A model generated the notes under the pieces. That model had not been told where the DNA came from. It made no database searches and saw nothing but the letters and a program-made list of their open reading frames with translations. Below, piece by piece: positions 36,224 to 45,620 of a stretch of DNA of 64,000 nucleotides. This DNA is from an uncultured Oligoflexales bacterium. GTDB taxonomy: Bacteria > Bdellovibrionota_B > Oligoflexia > Oligoflexales > CAZLMG01. The first letter of the stretch is position 1, and every line of letters begins with the position of its first letter. The stretch lies in the NCBI GenBank assembly GCA_964560765.1, contig CAZLMG010000012.1, forward strand, positions 12,071 to 76,070, in the 5' to 3' direction. Position numbers and translations under genes: made by a program.

Positions 36224-37294
36224 ATGTCCGACACCGGTAGCATTCAAAATTTCCTGGCGCAGATTGAGGCGGTTCGTCGTCAGTTTGATCTCGACGCCGC
36301 CGCGCTAAAGTCCGATCCGCAACCGGACAAAGTTGAAGCTTTGCGCGTCGCCTACTTGGGACGCAAGGGCCACGTCACGGAAGTGACCGCCGGTCTGCGC
36401 ACCGTCGCCCCCGAGGATAAACCCAACGCCGGCAAAGCGCTGAACGCCTTGCGTGAGCACTGTAGCGGCACACTTGATCAGTTAAAGGCCGGTGCCGATG
36501 ATTGGCAGCTCGACCAAGTGCTGCAGCGCCCGGCCCTCGACGTGTCCTTGCCGGGCCGTGGCGACGAGCAACAGGGCTCGCTGCATCCTGTGACCCTCAT
36601 GCGCCGCAAATTGACGCGCGTGTTCCGTCATTTGGGCTTCACCATTTATGACGGCCCAGAAATCGATTTGGACTTTTACAATTTCAGCGCCCTGAACTTT
36701 CCCGACCATCATCCGGCTCGGGACATGCAAGATACTTTCTTTATCAAGGGGCTCGACAAGACGATTCTGCGTACGCATACATCGAACATTCAGATCCACG
36801 CTATGCTAAACGAGAGTCCACCCATGCGCATGGTGGCCATGGGTCGAACGTTCCGCTGTGACTCGGACCTGACCCACACGCCCATGTTTCATCAGATCGA
36901 GGGTTTTGTTGTCGATCGTAACATCAGCTTTGGCGACATGAAGGGTGTTATCGATACGTTCATCAAGGCTGTCTTTGGCCCGGATCTAGCCACGCGTGTG
37001 CGGCCTAGTTTCTTTCCCTTTGTTGAACCGGGTGCTGAGTTCGACATGCAGTGCGTCAGCTGCAGCGGCAAAGGCTGTCGCATCTGCAAGCAGACGGGTT
37101 GGCTGGAGATTGGCGGCTGCGGCATGATTCACCCGAACGTTTTTGAAGCGGTTGATTACGATAGCGAGAAGTGGACCGGCTTTGCTTTCGGCTTCGGCCT
37201 CGATCGCATGGCGATGCTGAAATACAACTTGCCAGATCTGCGCCAGCTCTTTGCCGGCGATCAGGAGTTCTTGGCGCAGTTTCCCGGACGCTAA
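36224..37294 (+). CDS. pheS: Phenylalanyl-tRNA synthetase alpha subunit
   Basis: HPARDMQDTFF, LRTHTSNIQ, FRCDSDLTHTPMFHQIEG and GFAFGFGLDRMAML. Confidence 0.93.
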   Translation: MSDTGSIQNFLAQIEAVRRQFDLDAAALKSDPQPDKVEALRVAYLGRKGHVTEVTAGLRTVAPEDKPNAGKALNALREHCSGTLDQLKAGADDWQLDQVLQRPALDVSLPGRGDEQQGSLHPVTLMRRKLTRVFRHLGFTIYDGPEIDLDFYNFSALNFPDHHPARDMQDTFFIKGLDKTILRTHTSNIQIHAMLNESPPMRMVAMGRTFRCDSDLTHTPMFHQIEGFVVDRNISFGDMKGVIDTFIKAVFGPDLATRVRPSFFPFVEPGAEFDMQCVSCSGKGCRICKQTGWLEIGGCGMIHPNVFEAVDYDSEKWTGFAFGFGLDRMAMLKYNLPDLRQLFAGDQEFLAQFPGR

Positions 37295-37350
37295 AACACC
37301 ACGCAAATGAACCCGGCGCCAAGCACGCCAACGGGTAAAGGACGAATCGT

Positions 37351-39900
37351 ATGCAAATTTCACTCAACTGGCTGAATGATTACGTTCCCATCAGAGACCT
37401 TTCTCCAAAGCAGGTGGCGGATGCCTTGACCAGCATCGGCCTCGAAGTGGAAGCGATGACAGACGCGTCGGCACTGCAAGGCGCGGTCGTCGTCGGTAAA
37501 GTCTTGGAGGCGCAAAAACATCCGAATGCGGACTCGCTGCGCGTCTGCCGTGTCGATGTCGGCAAGGGCGAACCATTGCGCATTGTTTGTGGTGCGCCGA
37601 ATGCCCGGGAAGGGATCATCGTTGCGGTGGCCACGGTGGGCGCGGTTTTGCCCGGTGACTTCAAGATCAAGGCGTCGAAGATTCGGGGCGAGCCGTCCGA
37701 GGGCATGATGTGTAGTGAACGCGAGTTGGGCCTTTCTGACAATCACGCGCAGATTATTGAAATGGCCAGTGGTACTCCCATTGGCAGTAGCGTCGCTGAC
37801 TTATATCAACTCAACGATACGGTGTTGACGTTGAATGTGACGCCTAATCGCAGCGACTGCTTTGGCTATCTAGGCGTGGCCCGCGATTTGGCGGCAAAGC
37901 TCGGTCGCCCCTTGCAAACACCGGCCATTCCGCAATCGGCATTTTCCCAAGCCCTAAAGACGGAATCAGCGGCCCGTATCGTTATCGAGCATGAAGAGGA
38001 TAGCGCACGCTTTTGCGCGCTTCTCGTGCAAAATGTAAAACCGTGTCCGTCGCCTGCCTGGCTACAGCGACGGTTGACTGCCGCCGGCATGCGTCCCATC
38101 AACTTGCTCGTGGATGTCACTAACTACGTGATGTTGGAATACAGTCAACCCGTTCACGCTTATGACTTGCGCTTTGTGAAAGAAGGCACGTTGGCTTTGC
38201 GAAGGGCGAAACAGGGCGACCGGCTCACGACTCTTGATGGGATTGAACGAGAACTTGTCGCCGGCGACCTTGTCATTTGCGACGGCTCCGGTCCTATCGG
38301 CATTGCCGGGATCATGGGCGGCACCTCGAGCGAAGTGAAAGACGACACCCATTCTGTTTTGATCGAGGTGGCGCACTTTAACGCGGTGCAAGTGCGCAAA
38401 ACCAGTAAGCGACTAGCGCTGCATACGGAAGCCTCACACCGCTTTGAGCGCGGAATCGATGTCAATGCGCTTCGCGACGTGGCCCAGCGCGTGGCCACGT
38501 TGATCTGGAGCTGTGGCAAAGAACTGCACGAAACCGACAGCAGCCTTGAGCTACCAGTGGTTGCAGGCTCGCTCATCGAGCATTATCCGAAAGCCATCGC
38601 TCCGGCACGTATCGCTTTGCGTCTGGAACGTTTGCGCCAACTGTCCGGCATGACACTGATCGATGCCCAGGAAGTGACTCGCCTCTTGGAAAACCTGCAA
38701 TTTAAGCAGCTCGACAGCACCGATGGACGACTGCTCTTTGAAATCCCCACCTGGCGCCTCGACATTGTGCGGGAAGTGGATTTGATCGAGGAAGTCATCC
38801 GCCTCAAGGGCTATGAGCACGTTCCTGCCCATCTGCCAATGATGGAGATTGCACCGACACCAGAGGATCCATTCATTGATTTTATCGACGAGGCCAAACA
38901 GCTGCTGGCGCAACGGGGATTGCACGAGACCATCAGCTTTCCCTTTTTGGCCGCCGCCGATTTGGAGCGCTGCAACCTGGGTCCCAATCACCCTTTGCGC
39001 CACACGGTCACTTTGGCCAATCCCATCGTCGCCGATGTGGACCGGATGCAGACCAGCGTCGTTATCAATCTATTGAATGCAGTTAAAGCTAATCATCGGC
39101 AGGGCGTCAAAGGCGTGCGCCTCTTCGAGTGTGGACGCGCTTACTTTGCCCCGAGCATCATCGCTGGCGCTCCTGGTTACAGCTTTTGGGGACTCGCCAC
39201 ATCCCATGGGCGAACGCACAGTGCCCGCGCCCGCGCTGAGGTACGCGCTCTTGAACACACCATGTTCGCCGGCGTCCTAGACCAGCCGCTGACGCTACGC
39301 ACGTGGCACGGCGCGGAAAGGCCCGTGGATTTTTTTGATGCCAAGGGTCTCATACAGACTTGGCTCACCGCACTCGGCATCAGCAACATCAGTTTTATCC
39401 GCGCCAATGCAGACGACCTCCCCTATCTGCACCCAGGGGCAAGCGCCACTATCATGAGTGGCAAACTCGTTCTGGGCTACATGGGGGAATTGCATCCACG
39501 TACGGCGCGCGCCTTTGAGTTCCCATTGGACGCCGCACCGTTGGTCTTCGAGTTCCACGCCGAGACATTGCTGCAGGCATGCCAGTCACCTATGACCATA
39601 CACGCTGATCTGGAAAAGTTTCCGCCCAGCACCCGCGACTTGGCGATTGTGGTTGAAGGCAAAGTGCAACATGCTGATATCGAGGGTGCGCTCGGTTCTT
39701 TCCGCAAACGGAATTTACAACATTTCCACCTGTTCGATGTCTTCACGGGCGGCAATTTGGCCGAAGGCCAAAAAAGCATGGCTTATGCCCTGACCTTTCA
39801 GTCAAGTAAGCGCACGCTCAATGACCAGGAAGTCGACAAGGAGTTTGAACTTCTCGTGCAGCACTTGCAGCAAACTGTCGGCGCAACACTGCGGGCATAA
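37351..39900 (+). CDS. pheT: Phenylalanyl-tRNA synthetase beta subunit
   Basis: Starts MQISLNWLNDYV and has a tRNA-binding domain (HPNADSLRVCRVDVG...IVCGAPN), then B3/4, B5 and C-terminal domains. It directly follows pheS. Confidence 0.93.
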   Translation: MQISLNWLNDYVPIRDLSPKQVADALTSIGLEVEAMTDASALQGAVVVGKVLEAQKHPNADSLRVCRVDVGKGEPLRIVCGAPNAREGIIVAVATVGAVLPGDFKIKASKIRGEPSEGMMCSERELGLSDNHAQIIEMASGTPIGSSVADLYQLNDTVLTLNVTPNRSDCFGYLGVARDLAAKLGRPLQTPAIPQSAFSQALKTESAARIVIEHEEDSARFCALLVQNVKPCPSPAWLQRRLTAAGMRPINLLVDVTNYVMLEYSQPVHAYDLRFVKEGTLALRRAKQGDRLTTLDGIERELVAGDLVICDGSGPIGIAGIMGGTSSEVKDDTHSVLIEVAHFNAVQVRKTSKRLALHTEASHRFERGIDVNALRDVAQRVATLIWSCGKELHETDSSLELPVVAGSLIEHYPKAIAPARIALRLERLRQLSGMTLIDAQEVTRLLENLQFKQLDSTDGRLLFEIPTWRLDIVREVDLIEEVIRLKGYEHVPAHLPMMEIAPTPEDPFIDFIDEAKQLLAQRGLHETISFPFLAAADLERCNLGPNHPLRHTVTLANPIVADVDRMQTSVVINLLNAVKANHRQGVKGVRLFECGRAYFAPSIIAGAPGYSFWGLATSHGRTHSARARAEVRALEHTMFAGVLDQPLTLRTWHGAERPVDFFDAKGLIQTWLTALGISNISFIRANADDLPYLHPGASATIMSGKLVLGYMGELHPRTARAFEFPLDAAPLVFEFHAETLLQACQSPMTIHADLEKFPPSTRDLAIVVEGKVQHADIEGALGSFRKRNLQHFHLFDVFTGGNLAEGQKSMAYALTFQSSKRTLNDQEVDKEFELLVQHLQQTVGATLRA

Positions 39901-40165
39901 GCTACGACGATTTGACCACTGCGTGCGAGGCTACTGGTGACGTTACAACACCAGCTCTTGCACCTGTGGTTTACTTATCTTACCGCGAACTCACATTACC
40001 TCCGTCGTTTCGACATCGCAGACTCATGCGCATGCAGCCAACCTGACGGATGCCGCGTCAATATGGGCGATGCCTCTCCGTCACAATGACCTTAAATCCG
40101 CTGCCAGGTGCGTTTGCGCGCTGCCTTGCGCCCCATTCGCGCCCAAGTAACAACTCAATGCGCAC

Positions 40166-40182
40166 TTGGCACGTTCCTCGCA
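40166..40182 (+). promoter_or_regulatory. Sigma-54 (-24/-12)-like promoter
   Basis: CTGGCACGTTCCTCGCA compared with the consensus YTGGCACGrNNNTTGCW. GG and GC are separated by exactly 10 nt. It lies ~110 nt upstream of the ATG at 40290. Confidence 0.45.
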
Positions 40183-40289
40183 CTCATTCCTTTCTGGGTA
40201 ACACAACTCGACCAAATGTTTGGTCGGTTGCCGGGGAACAAGTGGGTCGGACGCATGGGGCGCTGATCCAGTTTCATAGGAGGCGAGAT

Positions 40290-40919
40290 ATGAAACAATG
40301 GGTTTACACTTCGATGATCGCGTTGGCGATGACATCCACCACAGCTTGGGGTTATGACGGTCCTAACCCCAGCGAGGTTTATGTCAATGGCATCAACACT
40401 GGTGGTACAGGTTGCCGCGCAGGCACGGTTAGCACCTATCTTTCTGAGGACGCCAAGGCGTTCACACTGATGTTCGATGAATTTGTCGCCCAATCAGGCC
40501 CTGGCATTGCGCCGACCGAGAGCCGCAAATTTTGTAACGTCAACCTGGATCTGCATATCCCGCACGGCTGGCAGTTCACGGTGTTCAAGGTGGATTACAT
40601 TGGCTACGCGTCACTTGGTCGCGGAGACCGGGCGATGCTAAATTCCACCTACCGGATTTCGGGCGCAACGGGCCGCACCAGTCAAGTGACATTCAAGTCT
40701 CAACTGGTGGGTGCCATGGAAGACTCGTACCAAATCAGCGATGACATCGGCATCGTATCCGACGTCTGGTCGCCCTGCGGTGTGAGTCGCGCCATGAACA
40801 TCAAGACTGAGACACGGCTCTTGCCGCGAACAGCTCGCTCACCTGCGCTATTGACGGTTGATACCATCGATGGCGAGTTCAAAACGGTTTATAAGCTCCA
40901 GTGGCGCCGCTGCCGCTAG
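40290..40919 (+). CDS. Secreted DUF4360-like protein
   Basis: ATG at 40290 follows AGGAGG; signal peptide (MIALAMTSTTAWG). VNGINTGGTGCRAGTVSTYLSEDAKAFTLMFDEFVAQSGPG...CNVNLDLHIPHGWQF...DYIGYASL fits my memory of the DUF4360 pattern. Confidence 0.6.
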   Translation: MKQWVYTSMIALAMTSTTAWGYDGPNPSEVYVNGINTGGTGCRAGTVSTYLSEDAKAFTLMFDEFVAQSGPGIAPTESRKFCNVNLDLHIPHGWQFTVFKVDYIGYASLGRGDRAMLNSTYRISGATGRTSQVTFKSQLVGAMEDSYQISDDIGIVSDVWSPCGVSRAMNIKTETRLLPRTARSPALLTVDTIDGEFKTVYKLQWRRCR

Positions 40920-40940
40920 GTTGACTCCCCAATTCTCTGC

Positions 40941-40978
40941 CGAGCGGCCGATTCATCGGCCGCTCGCTGCCTTTTTTA
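40941..40978 (+). terminator. Rho-independent terminator
   Basis: 11-bp stem CGAGCGGCCGA / TCGGCCGCTCG with a TTCA loop, followed 5 nt later by TTTTTTAT. Confidence 0.6.
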
Positions 40979-41124
40979 TAAACTGGTGCCGTTTCCATTT
41001 TATCAAAGATCGCCACCTTGACTGGCAAAAGCTCTTTCAGATAGTCGTCATGCATAGCTCGCGCCCTGGAAGTTGTTAAGGGGTTGGAAGTGACATGGGG
41101 GTACCCAAAGCACATTTCACGGCG

Positions 41125-41499
41125 TCAGTTCATGGTCCAACGCCAAAAGATCCATGCGAGCAGCGTGCAGCCAACAATGGTCAAGCCGCCATAACTCATG
41201 GCCAGTGCCCAACGGCGCTCGTGGGCAAGATAAGCCATCTCAAAGGCAAAGCTCGACATTGTGGTCAGCCCGCCAAGGATGCCGGGTATGAGAAAGGTAC
41301 GCATGGCTGGTGACCACTCACTAGCGTGCGCCATGCACCAACCAATGGCTGCCGACCCGGCGTAATTGCACAAGAGTGTGCCAAGGGGCAGGCCTCGACT
41401 CCAAGCCATCGACAATTCATTGACCACCAAGCGCATGGTCGCACCAGCGGCGCCGCCGATCATGACCGAAAGTAGGTTGGCGGCAGTCGGTAGGTTCAT
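41125..41499 (-). CDS. crcB: Fluoride ion channel CrcB/FluC
   Basis: 124 aa with four TM segments: IGGAAGATMRL, GTLLCNYAGSAAIG and GILGGLTTMSSF. Its start overlaps the upstream stop in an ATGA. Confidence 0.88.
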   Translation of the reverse strand: MNLPTAANLLSVMIGGAAGATMRLVVNELSMAWSRGLPLGTLLCNYAGSAAIGWCMAHASEWSPAMRTFLIPGILGGLTTMSSFAFEMAYLAHERRWALAMSYGGLTIVGCTLLAWIFWRWTMN

Positions 41500-42980
41500 G
41501 GCATGACATCAAAACGCAGAAATGAGCGATCGACCTCTGTGCCACCTTTTTTCCAGATAAATGCCAGACGATTCAATCCCGCGATGGGCTCAAATTCATA
41601 AGCGATGGGACCCGTTCCCGAGGCACGAACAGACTTGACGACTTTGCTATTGATGGCAATAGAAACCTCGACGTCGCCGTGCAGTCCCTCTTTGCGGTTC
41701 AGCACCAGCTTCGCCTTCTTGCCAAGATAAACGGCGCCGCTTGTTCCTCCATCCAACTCCACGTCAAAGCCCGGAAAGCGACCCCAGTTCGTCTGCCAAA
41801 TGGGCTCCATAATATCCAGAGGTGGATTGTTGGGATTGGCACCAATGGACTCCGCCCAGAGGCTAATCACCGTTTTGGGATCCACATGCGGGTTCGCCAG
41901 CGACTTGTTGCCATTGCCTGAAACGGGTTCCAGAGCGACCCAAACAAAATCCGGATGTGATCCCTGACTGCTGGCGTCCCACTCTCCACCGATAACATTG
42001 CCCGATCCATCCAGTTCAAGAACATAGCGATAGGTCAATCGCTTAACGCTACGAGTCGGATACGTGCGCGGCTCTTGTCGCAGTGCCGCCTGATAAGAAA
42101 CCGTCGTCGTCACGTGCGCAAATTCAGTGGCGTTCGGGTTAAACACATAGTTATTGCCGCTGGTGCCGATGTAGCCAAGGGCTTGGCTCGCACTTAAATT
42201 ACGGGTAATGGTCGATTCATAGGCGAATAATGGAAAGTTCCACACCTGATAATTCTCAGATTGATCGAATACCAACGCATGCTTGAGTACCCCGATCCAA
42301 TTGGCGATGGCCAAGTGAAAACTCGCCGGGTTGACGTCTTCGCACTCGCCCATGACGGTGACATCTTGTCGAGATGTGGGTCGCGTTTGAAAGGTACGCG
42401 ATTCGCAGCGCCTGCCACCGAGAAACACGGACTTGGCGCTCATATAGATTTCGGCCAGCAACGCTTTGATGTCGTGCGGCTGAAAGGTCACGCCATCGCG
42501 TGTTACGGGTAAGCGCGGTTCGGCATGTCGTTGCGAGGCTGCGCTGAAGCCATTGCAGTGTCCGGCCCAGTCCGCATCCGGATCGTTGGCCGATCTGGTA
42601 TGATTCGCTCGCTCCCAAGCGACGGCTTTGGACGTTCCGCCATGAAATGCTTGGTCGTACTTGCTCAAAGGTGACGGGCTGCCCACATGCGTACCGCCAT
42701 CGACTTCCGCATAGTAGCCACCGGCGTAAGGGATCTTGTCTGATTCAACACTGCCAGCCGGCGGCAGCTTTGAGAGATTCATTTCAAAGTTCTGATTCCA
42801 GATCAGATAGTGAAACTTTCCCGTCTGCCGAATCTCTGTCGTTGCGCTTGCGGCGCGTTCACGCTCGACCGCCGCGGGTGTATCCGCACCACGCTCAACA
42901 CCAGTACCCGATTGGCCAGCCACCTTGCAAGCGGTCGACCCGACGAGACAGGTCAGCAACCATGCGGGAACTGGTTTCAT
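41496..42980 (-). CDS. Secreted protein, possible transglutaminase/cysteine-hydrolase fold
   Basis: A probable start at ATG 42980 (GAGGGA upstream) gives a lipoprotein-like signal (MKPVPAWLLTCLVGSTAC). There is a W-x-G-H-C-N-G-F-S-A-A motif and a later HPDFVW, reminiscent of Cys-His-Asp hydrolases. Function is not established. Confidence 0.55.
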   Translation of the reverse strand: MKPVPAWLLTCLVGSTACKVAGQSGTGVERGADTPAAVERERAASATTEIRQTGKFHYLIWNQNFEMNLSKLPPAGSVESDKIPYAGGYYAEVDGGTHVGSPSPLSKYDQAFHGGTSKAVAWERANHTRSANDPDADWAGHCNGFSAASQRHAEPRLPVTRDGVTFQPHDIKALLAEIYMSAKSVFLGGRRCESRTFQTRPTSRQDVTVMGECEDVNPASFHLAIANWIGVLKHALVFDQSENYQVWNFPLFAYESTITRNLSASQALGYIGTSGNNYVFNPNATEFAHVTTTVSYQAALRQEPRTYPTRSVKRLTYRYVLELDGSGNVIGGEWDASSQGSHPDFVWVALEPVSGNGNKSLANPHVDPKTVISLWAESIGANPNNPPLDIMEPIWQTNWGRFPGFDVELDGGTSGAVYLGKKAKLVLNRKEGLHGDVEVSIAINSKVVKSVRASGTGPIAYEFEPIAGLNRLAFIWKKGGTEVDRSFLRFDVMP

Positions 42981-43025
42981 CGGTACATCCCTCGGATTAG
43001 AACAGGCGATTTTTAGCGCAGTTTC

Positions 43026-43031
43026 ATTATA
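43026..43031 (-). promoter_or_regulatory. Consensus -10 hexamer (TATAAT on minus strand)
   Basis: Exact TATAAT ~45 nt upstream of the ATG at 42980. The -35 is weak. Confidence 0.3.
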
Positions 43032-43160
43032 GTGCGGCGTGCGCAGCCATGCCACGAAAGCGGAGAAAAAACAGTGATGCGTGCTTTTGGCGATTCCATA
43101 AGCTGCAGCAGGAATCGTACGCATCTTTGGATGTTAAGCCGGATGAGTGACGGTTGTCAT

Positions 43161-43982
43161 CTAACGGTTATAGATCTGCTCAGATTCCTGACTAGTGATG
43201 ATCGGCACCTGCAGCACACCGCGGCCCACTTCCTGGCCACGATGCGTATCAATCGGAATGCGGCCGCGAGTCGGTTTGTCAGCCTGCAGATAAGCCATCT
43301 TGGTGCTAAAGAGATAGGTGTCGTCGGTCAAGGCTTCGAGCCAGTGAACATTGCTGCGTTCGTCTGAGATGCTGTTCCACTGCCCCGCCGACTGGACGGC
43401 GTCCATCGACGGCAGGATCCACATGTGACCGGCCGCTTCGTCCCACTTCAAAGCATCATACTGGCGCGCACGAAACTGCCCCGAGACCACGAGAAAGGCG
43501 GAAACCATATTGCTGTGCCCGTGCGGGGGAATGCAGGCGCCCCTCTGCACATGGGCGATCTTATTAATCAGACTCAACTGACCAGGTGCCGGGCGGCGTT
43601 CGGCCTCGGCGGTGTTTTCTCCGCGCAGGGGTGTACCGACAAAGACTTCATGACGGCCAAGTTTCGGCAGCTCATCCCGAAGGCGGTCAAAGTCCACATT
43701 CCGCAACAACGCCGGTAAGTCGACCTGCGAGTACAGCAGATCCATCTGTAGCTGCCATTGGGCTGGCGAAATGTTACCGGCGCGCAACGACTCGGCCAAG
43801 CGATAAAGTCGCTCGATCCACGGCTCCAAGGCCGAAGTCGGCGACGCTGCGAGCAGGGACTGGCTCCATAGGCATTGAGCTAAGGCACTTACCAGCAGCC
43901 CCTGGCCGCCTCGCATCAGTAAGGCTCGTCGAGAAAGCGATGAGACATCCGTCGGAATTGCGTTCAATGTTTGGCCAGTCAT
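43161..43982 (-). CDS. Tat-signal cupin-like protein
   Basis: Twin-arginine-like signal (SRRALLMRGGQGLLVSALA). Cupin-type metal motif region (IPPHGHSNMVSAFLVVSG). Confidence 0.5.
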   Translation of the reverse strand: MTGQTLNAIPTDVSSLSRRALLMRGGQGLLVSALAQCLWSQSLLAASPTSALEPWIERLYRLAESLRAGNISPAQWQLQMDLLYSQVDLPALLRNVDFDRLRDELPKLGRHEVFVGTPLRGENTAEAERRPAPGQLSLINKIAHVQRGACIPPHGHSNMVSAFLVVSGQFRARQYDALKWDEAAGHMWILPSMDAVQSAGQWNSISDERSNVHWLEALTDDTYLFSTKMAYLQADKPTRGRIPIDTHRGQEVGRGVLQVPIITSQESEQIYNR

Positions 43983-44100
43983 GGGAATTCGCCCTTTCGC
44001 GGTTCACCGGTCCGTACCACATTATCGGCACTTCCTGCGAGAAACGTTTGTTTTTCGCAGCTCCGCATGCTAAGAGCCGCCCACACCTTTTGGGGGCCCT

Positions 44101-44652
44101 ATGAGTCGGCACGTCGCCACTTATCTTTTCTCAGTCGTTTTCGCAAGTTACTCGTTCGTCGCCGGCGCCCAGTCGCTAACGAATGAAGCTATCGGCCTCC
44201 GCGCCCCTGAGACTCCCGAAACCCGCTGGTTTCACGTCGCTTTTTCGGAAGAAGCGTCCCTGCTCATCAGTGGCTTTCTCAACGGCAAAGCGTCGGACCC
44301 GGTCAACAGCAAACAGATCGATTGCGATTGGCAGTCGAATTGGGATGGCGACCCCATTGGCTACGGCTGCGCCTTCGACATCGAGAAGACGGGTACGATT
44401 GTCGACTACGGCCCCAAAAACGGCTACCTCAACGCCACCGGCTCGCTACCTATTTCCGTATCGGTGCAGAAGTCGCGCCGCGATCGCCTGTCATTGCAGT
44501 TGGGCGGCAAAGGCGTGACCGCCATCGTCAATTGGTTAAGCGATGGCAAAAATCCTGATGTGCTGTCGAAGGGGAACCTGCTCTGTTCGAAGCAGCATGA
44601 TGCGAGCTACAGCTGCTGGCTCATGCTCAATCGTCAGGGCGAGTTCCAGTAG
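44101..44652 (+). CDS. Secreted 4-Cys hypothetical protein
   Basis: Signal peptide (YLFSVVFASYSFVAGAQS). Two Cys pairs (DCDW...GYGC and LLCSK...YSCW). It ends 5 nt before the radical SAM gene. Confidence 0.55.
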   Translation: MSRHVATYLFSVVFASYSFVAGAQSLTNEAIGLRAPETPETRWFHVAFSEEASLLISGFLNGKASDPVNSKQIDCDWQSNWDGDPIGYGCAFDIEKTGTIVDYGPKNGYLNATGSLPISVSVQKSRRDRLSLQLGGKGVTAIVNWLSDGKNPDVLSKGNLLCSKQHDASYSCWLMLNRQGEFQ

Positions 44653-44657
44653 GCAAA

Positions 44658-45620
44658 ATGCGACGTTTCCAGCGGATCTATATCGAGATCAGCAACGTCT
44701 GTAACGTGCAATGCTCCTTCTGCCCTACCGTCGATCGGCAAAAGCAGGTGATGAGCGCTGGCCAGTTTCGCTCGGTCCTGGAACGGGTGGCACCACATAC
44801 GAGCGAAGTCTATCTGCATCTCATGGGCGAACCTCTGGGTCACCCGCAATTGGCGGAAATCATCCAGGCCTGTACCGATCTGAAGGTGGCGGCGAAAATC
44901 ACCACCAATGGCCTGCTGTTGATCGGGAATAAGGTGGATCTACTGCTACAGCCCATCGTCCGGCAGGTAAACTTTTCTCTACATAGCTTCACCGACAATT
45001 TTGCCGAGCAATCGCCGCGCACGTATTTGCAACGACTTTTCAAGTTTGCTGCCCGCGCCCGCCTGGAGCGCCCGGACCTCTACGTCAACTTTCGACTGTG
45101 GGACTTAAACGAAGAACAACAGGGTTTAACAGTCAACGCCGCCATGCGGCAAATGATCAACGATGAATTCCAGGTGGACCTCGAACGCCTGCGCCAGGAT
45201 GTTCGGCGTCGGAAGAAGGTGCTGTTGGGCGGGCGCATCGCCGCCCACTTCGATTCACGTTTTGTCTGGCCGGCGCTGGATGCACCGCGACAAGGAACGC
45301 GCGGTACCTGTCATGGGCTCGGCACACATGTCGGCATACATGCGGATGGTACGGTGGTACCGTGCTGTCTCGATAAAGAAGCTGTCCTGCGACTCGGAAA
45401 CATTTTCGAACAGTCGCTCGACGAGGTGGCCGAGTCGCCGCGGGCTGAGGCTATGCGCGCGGGCTTTGAACGCGGAGAATTGGTGGAGGCTCTTTGCCAA
45501 CACTGCCAATTTGCGACGCGGTTTCGCCGTAAGCTTAGCGCGGCTGCGGAACGCGCCGCAGACGCGGCAGGCCTCCGCCCCCATGCAGGGGTGGACGTTG
45601 CGCAAAACGCTCGCGCATAA
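44658..45620 (+). CDS. Radical SAM enzyme with a SPASM/twitch-like C-terminal Cys cluster
   Basis: CNVQCSFC (CxxxCxxC) at residues ~15-22. The C-terminus has CHGLGTHVGIHADGTVVPCC and CQHC. Confidence 0.8.
   Translation: MRRFQRIYIEISNVCNVQCSFCPTVDRQKQVMSAGQFRSVLERVAPHTSEVYLHLMGEPLGHPQLAEIIQACTDLKVAAKITTNGLLLIGNKVDLLLQPIVRQVNFSLHSFTDNFAEQSPRTYLQRLFKFAARARLERPDLYVNFRLWDLNEEQQGLTVNAAMRQMINDEFQVDLERLRQDVRRRKKVLLGGRIAAHFDSRFVWPALDAPRQGTRGTCHGLGTHVGIHADGTVVPCCLDKEAVLRLGNIFEQSLDEVAESPRAEAMRAGFERGELVEALCQHCQFATRFRRKLSAAAERAADAAGLRPHAGVDVAQNARA

Noticed and set aside
42981-43160. Possible fluoride riboswitch upstream of the operon that ends in crcB.
   Set aside because: The minus-strand leader shows no convincing crcB-motif core (GAUGG...AAACCGCC...GCUGAUGAxxCCUAC). 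A consensus TATAAT only ~45 nt before the ATG leaves too little leader for the ~52-nt aptamer.
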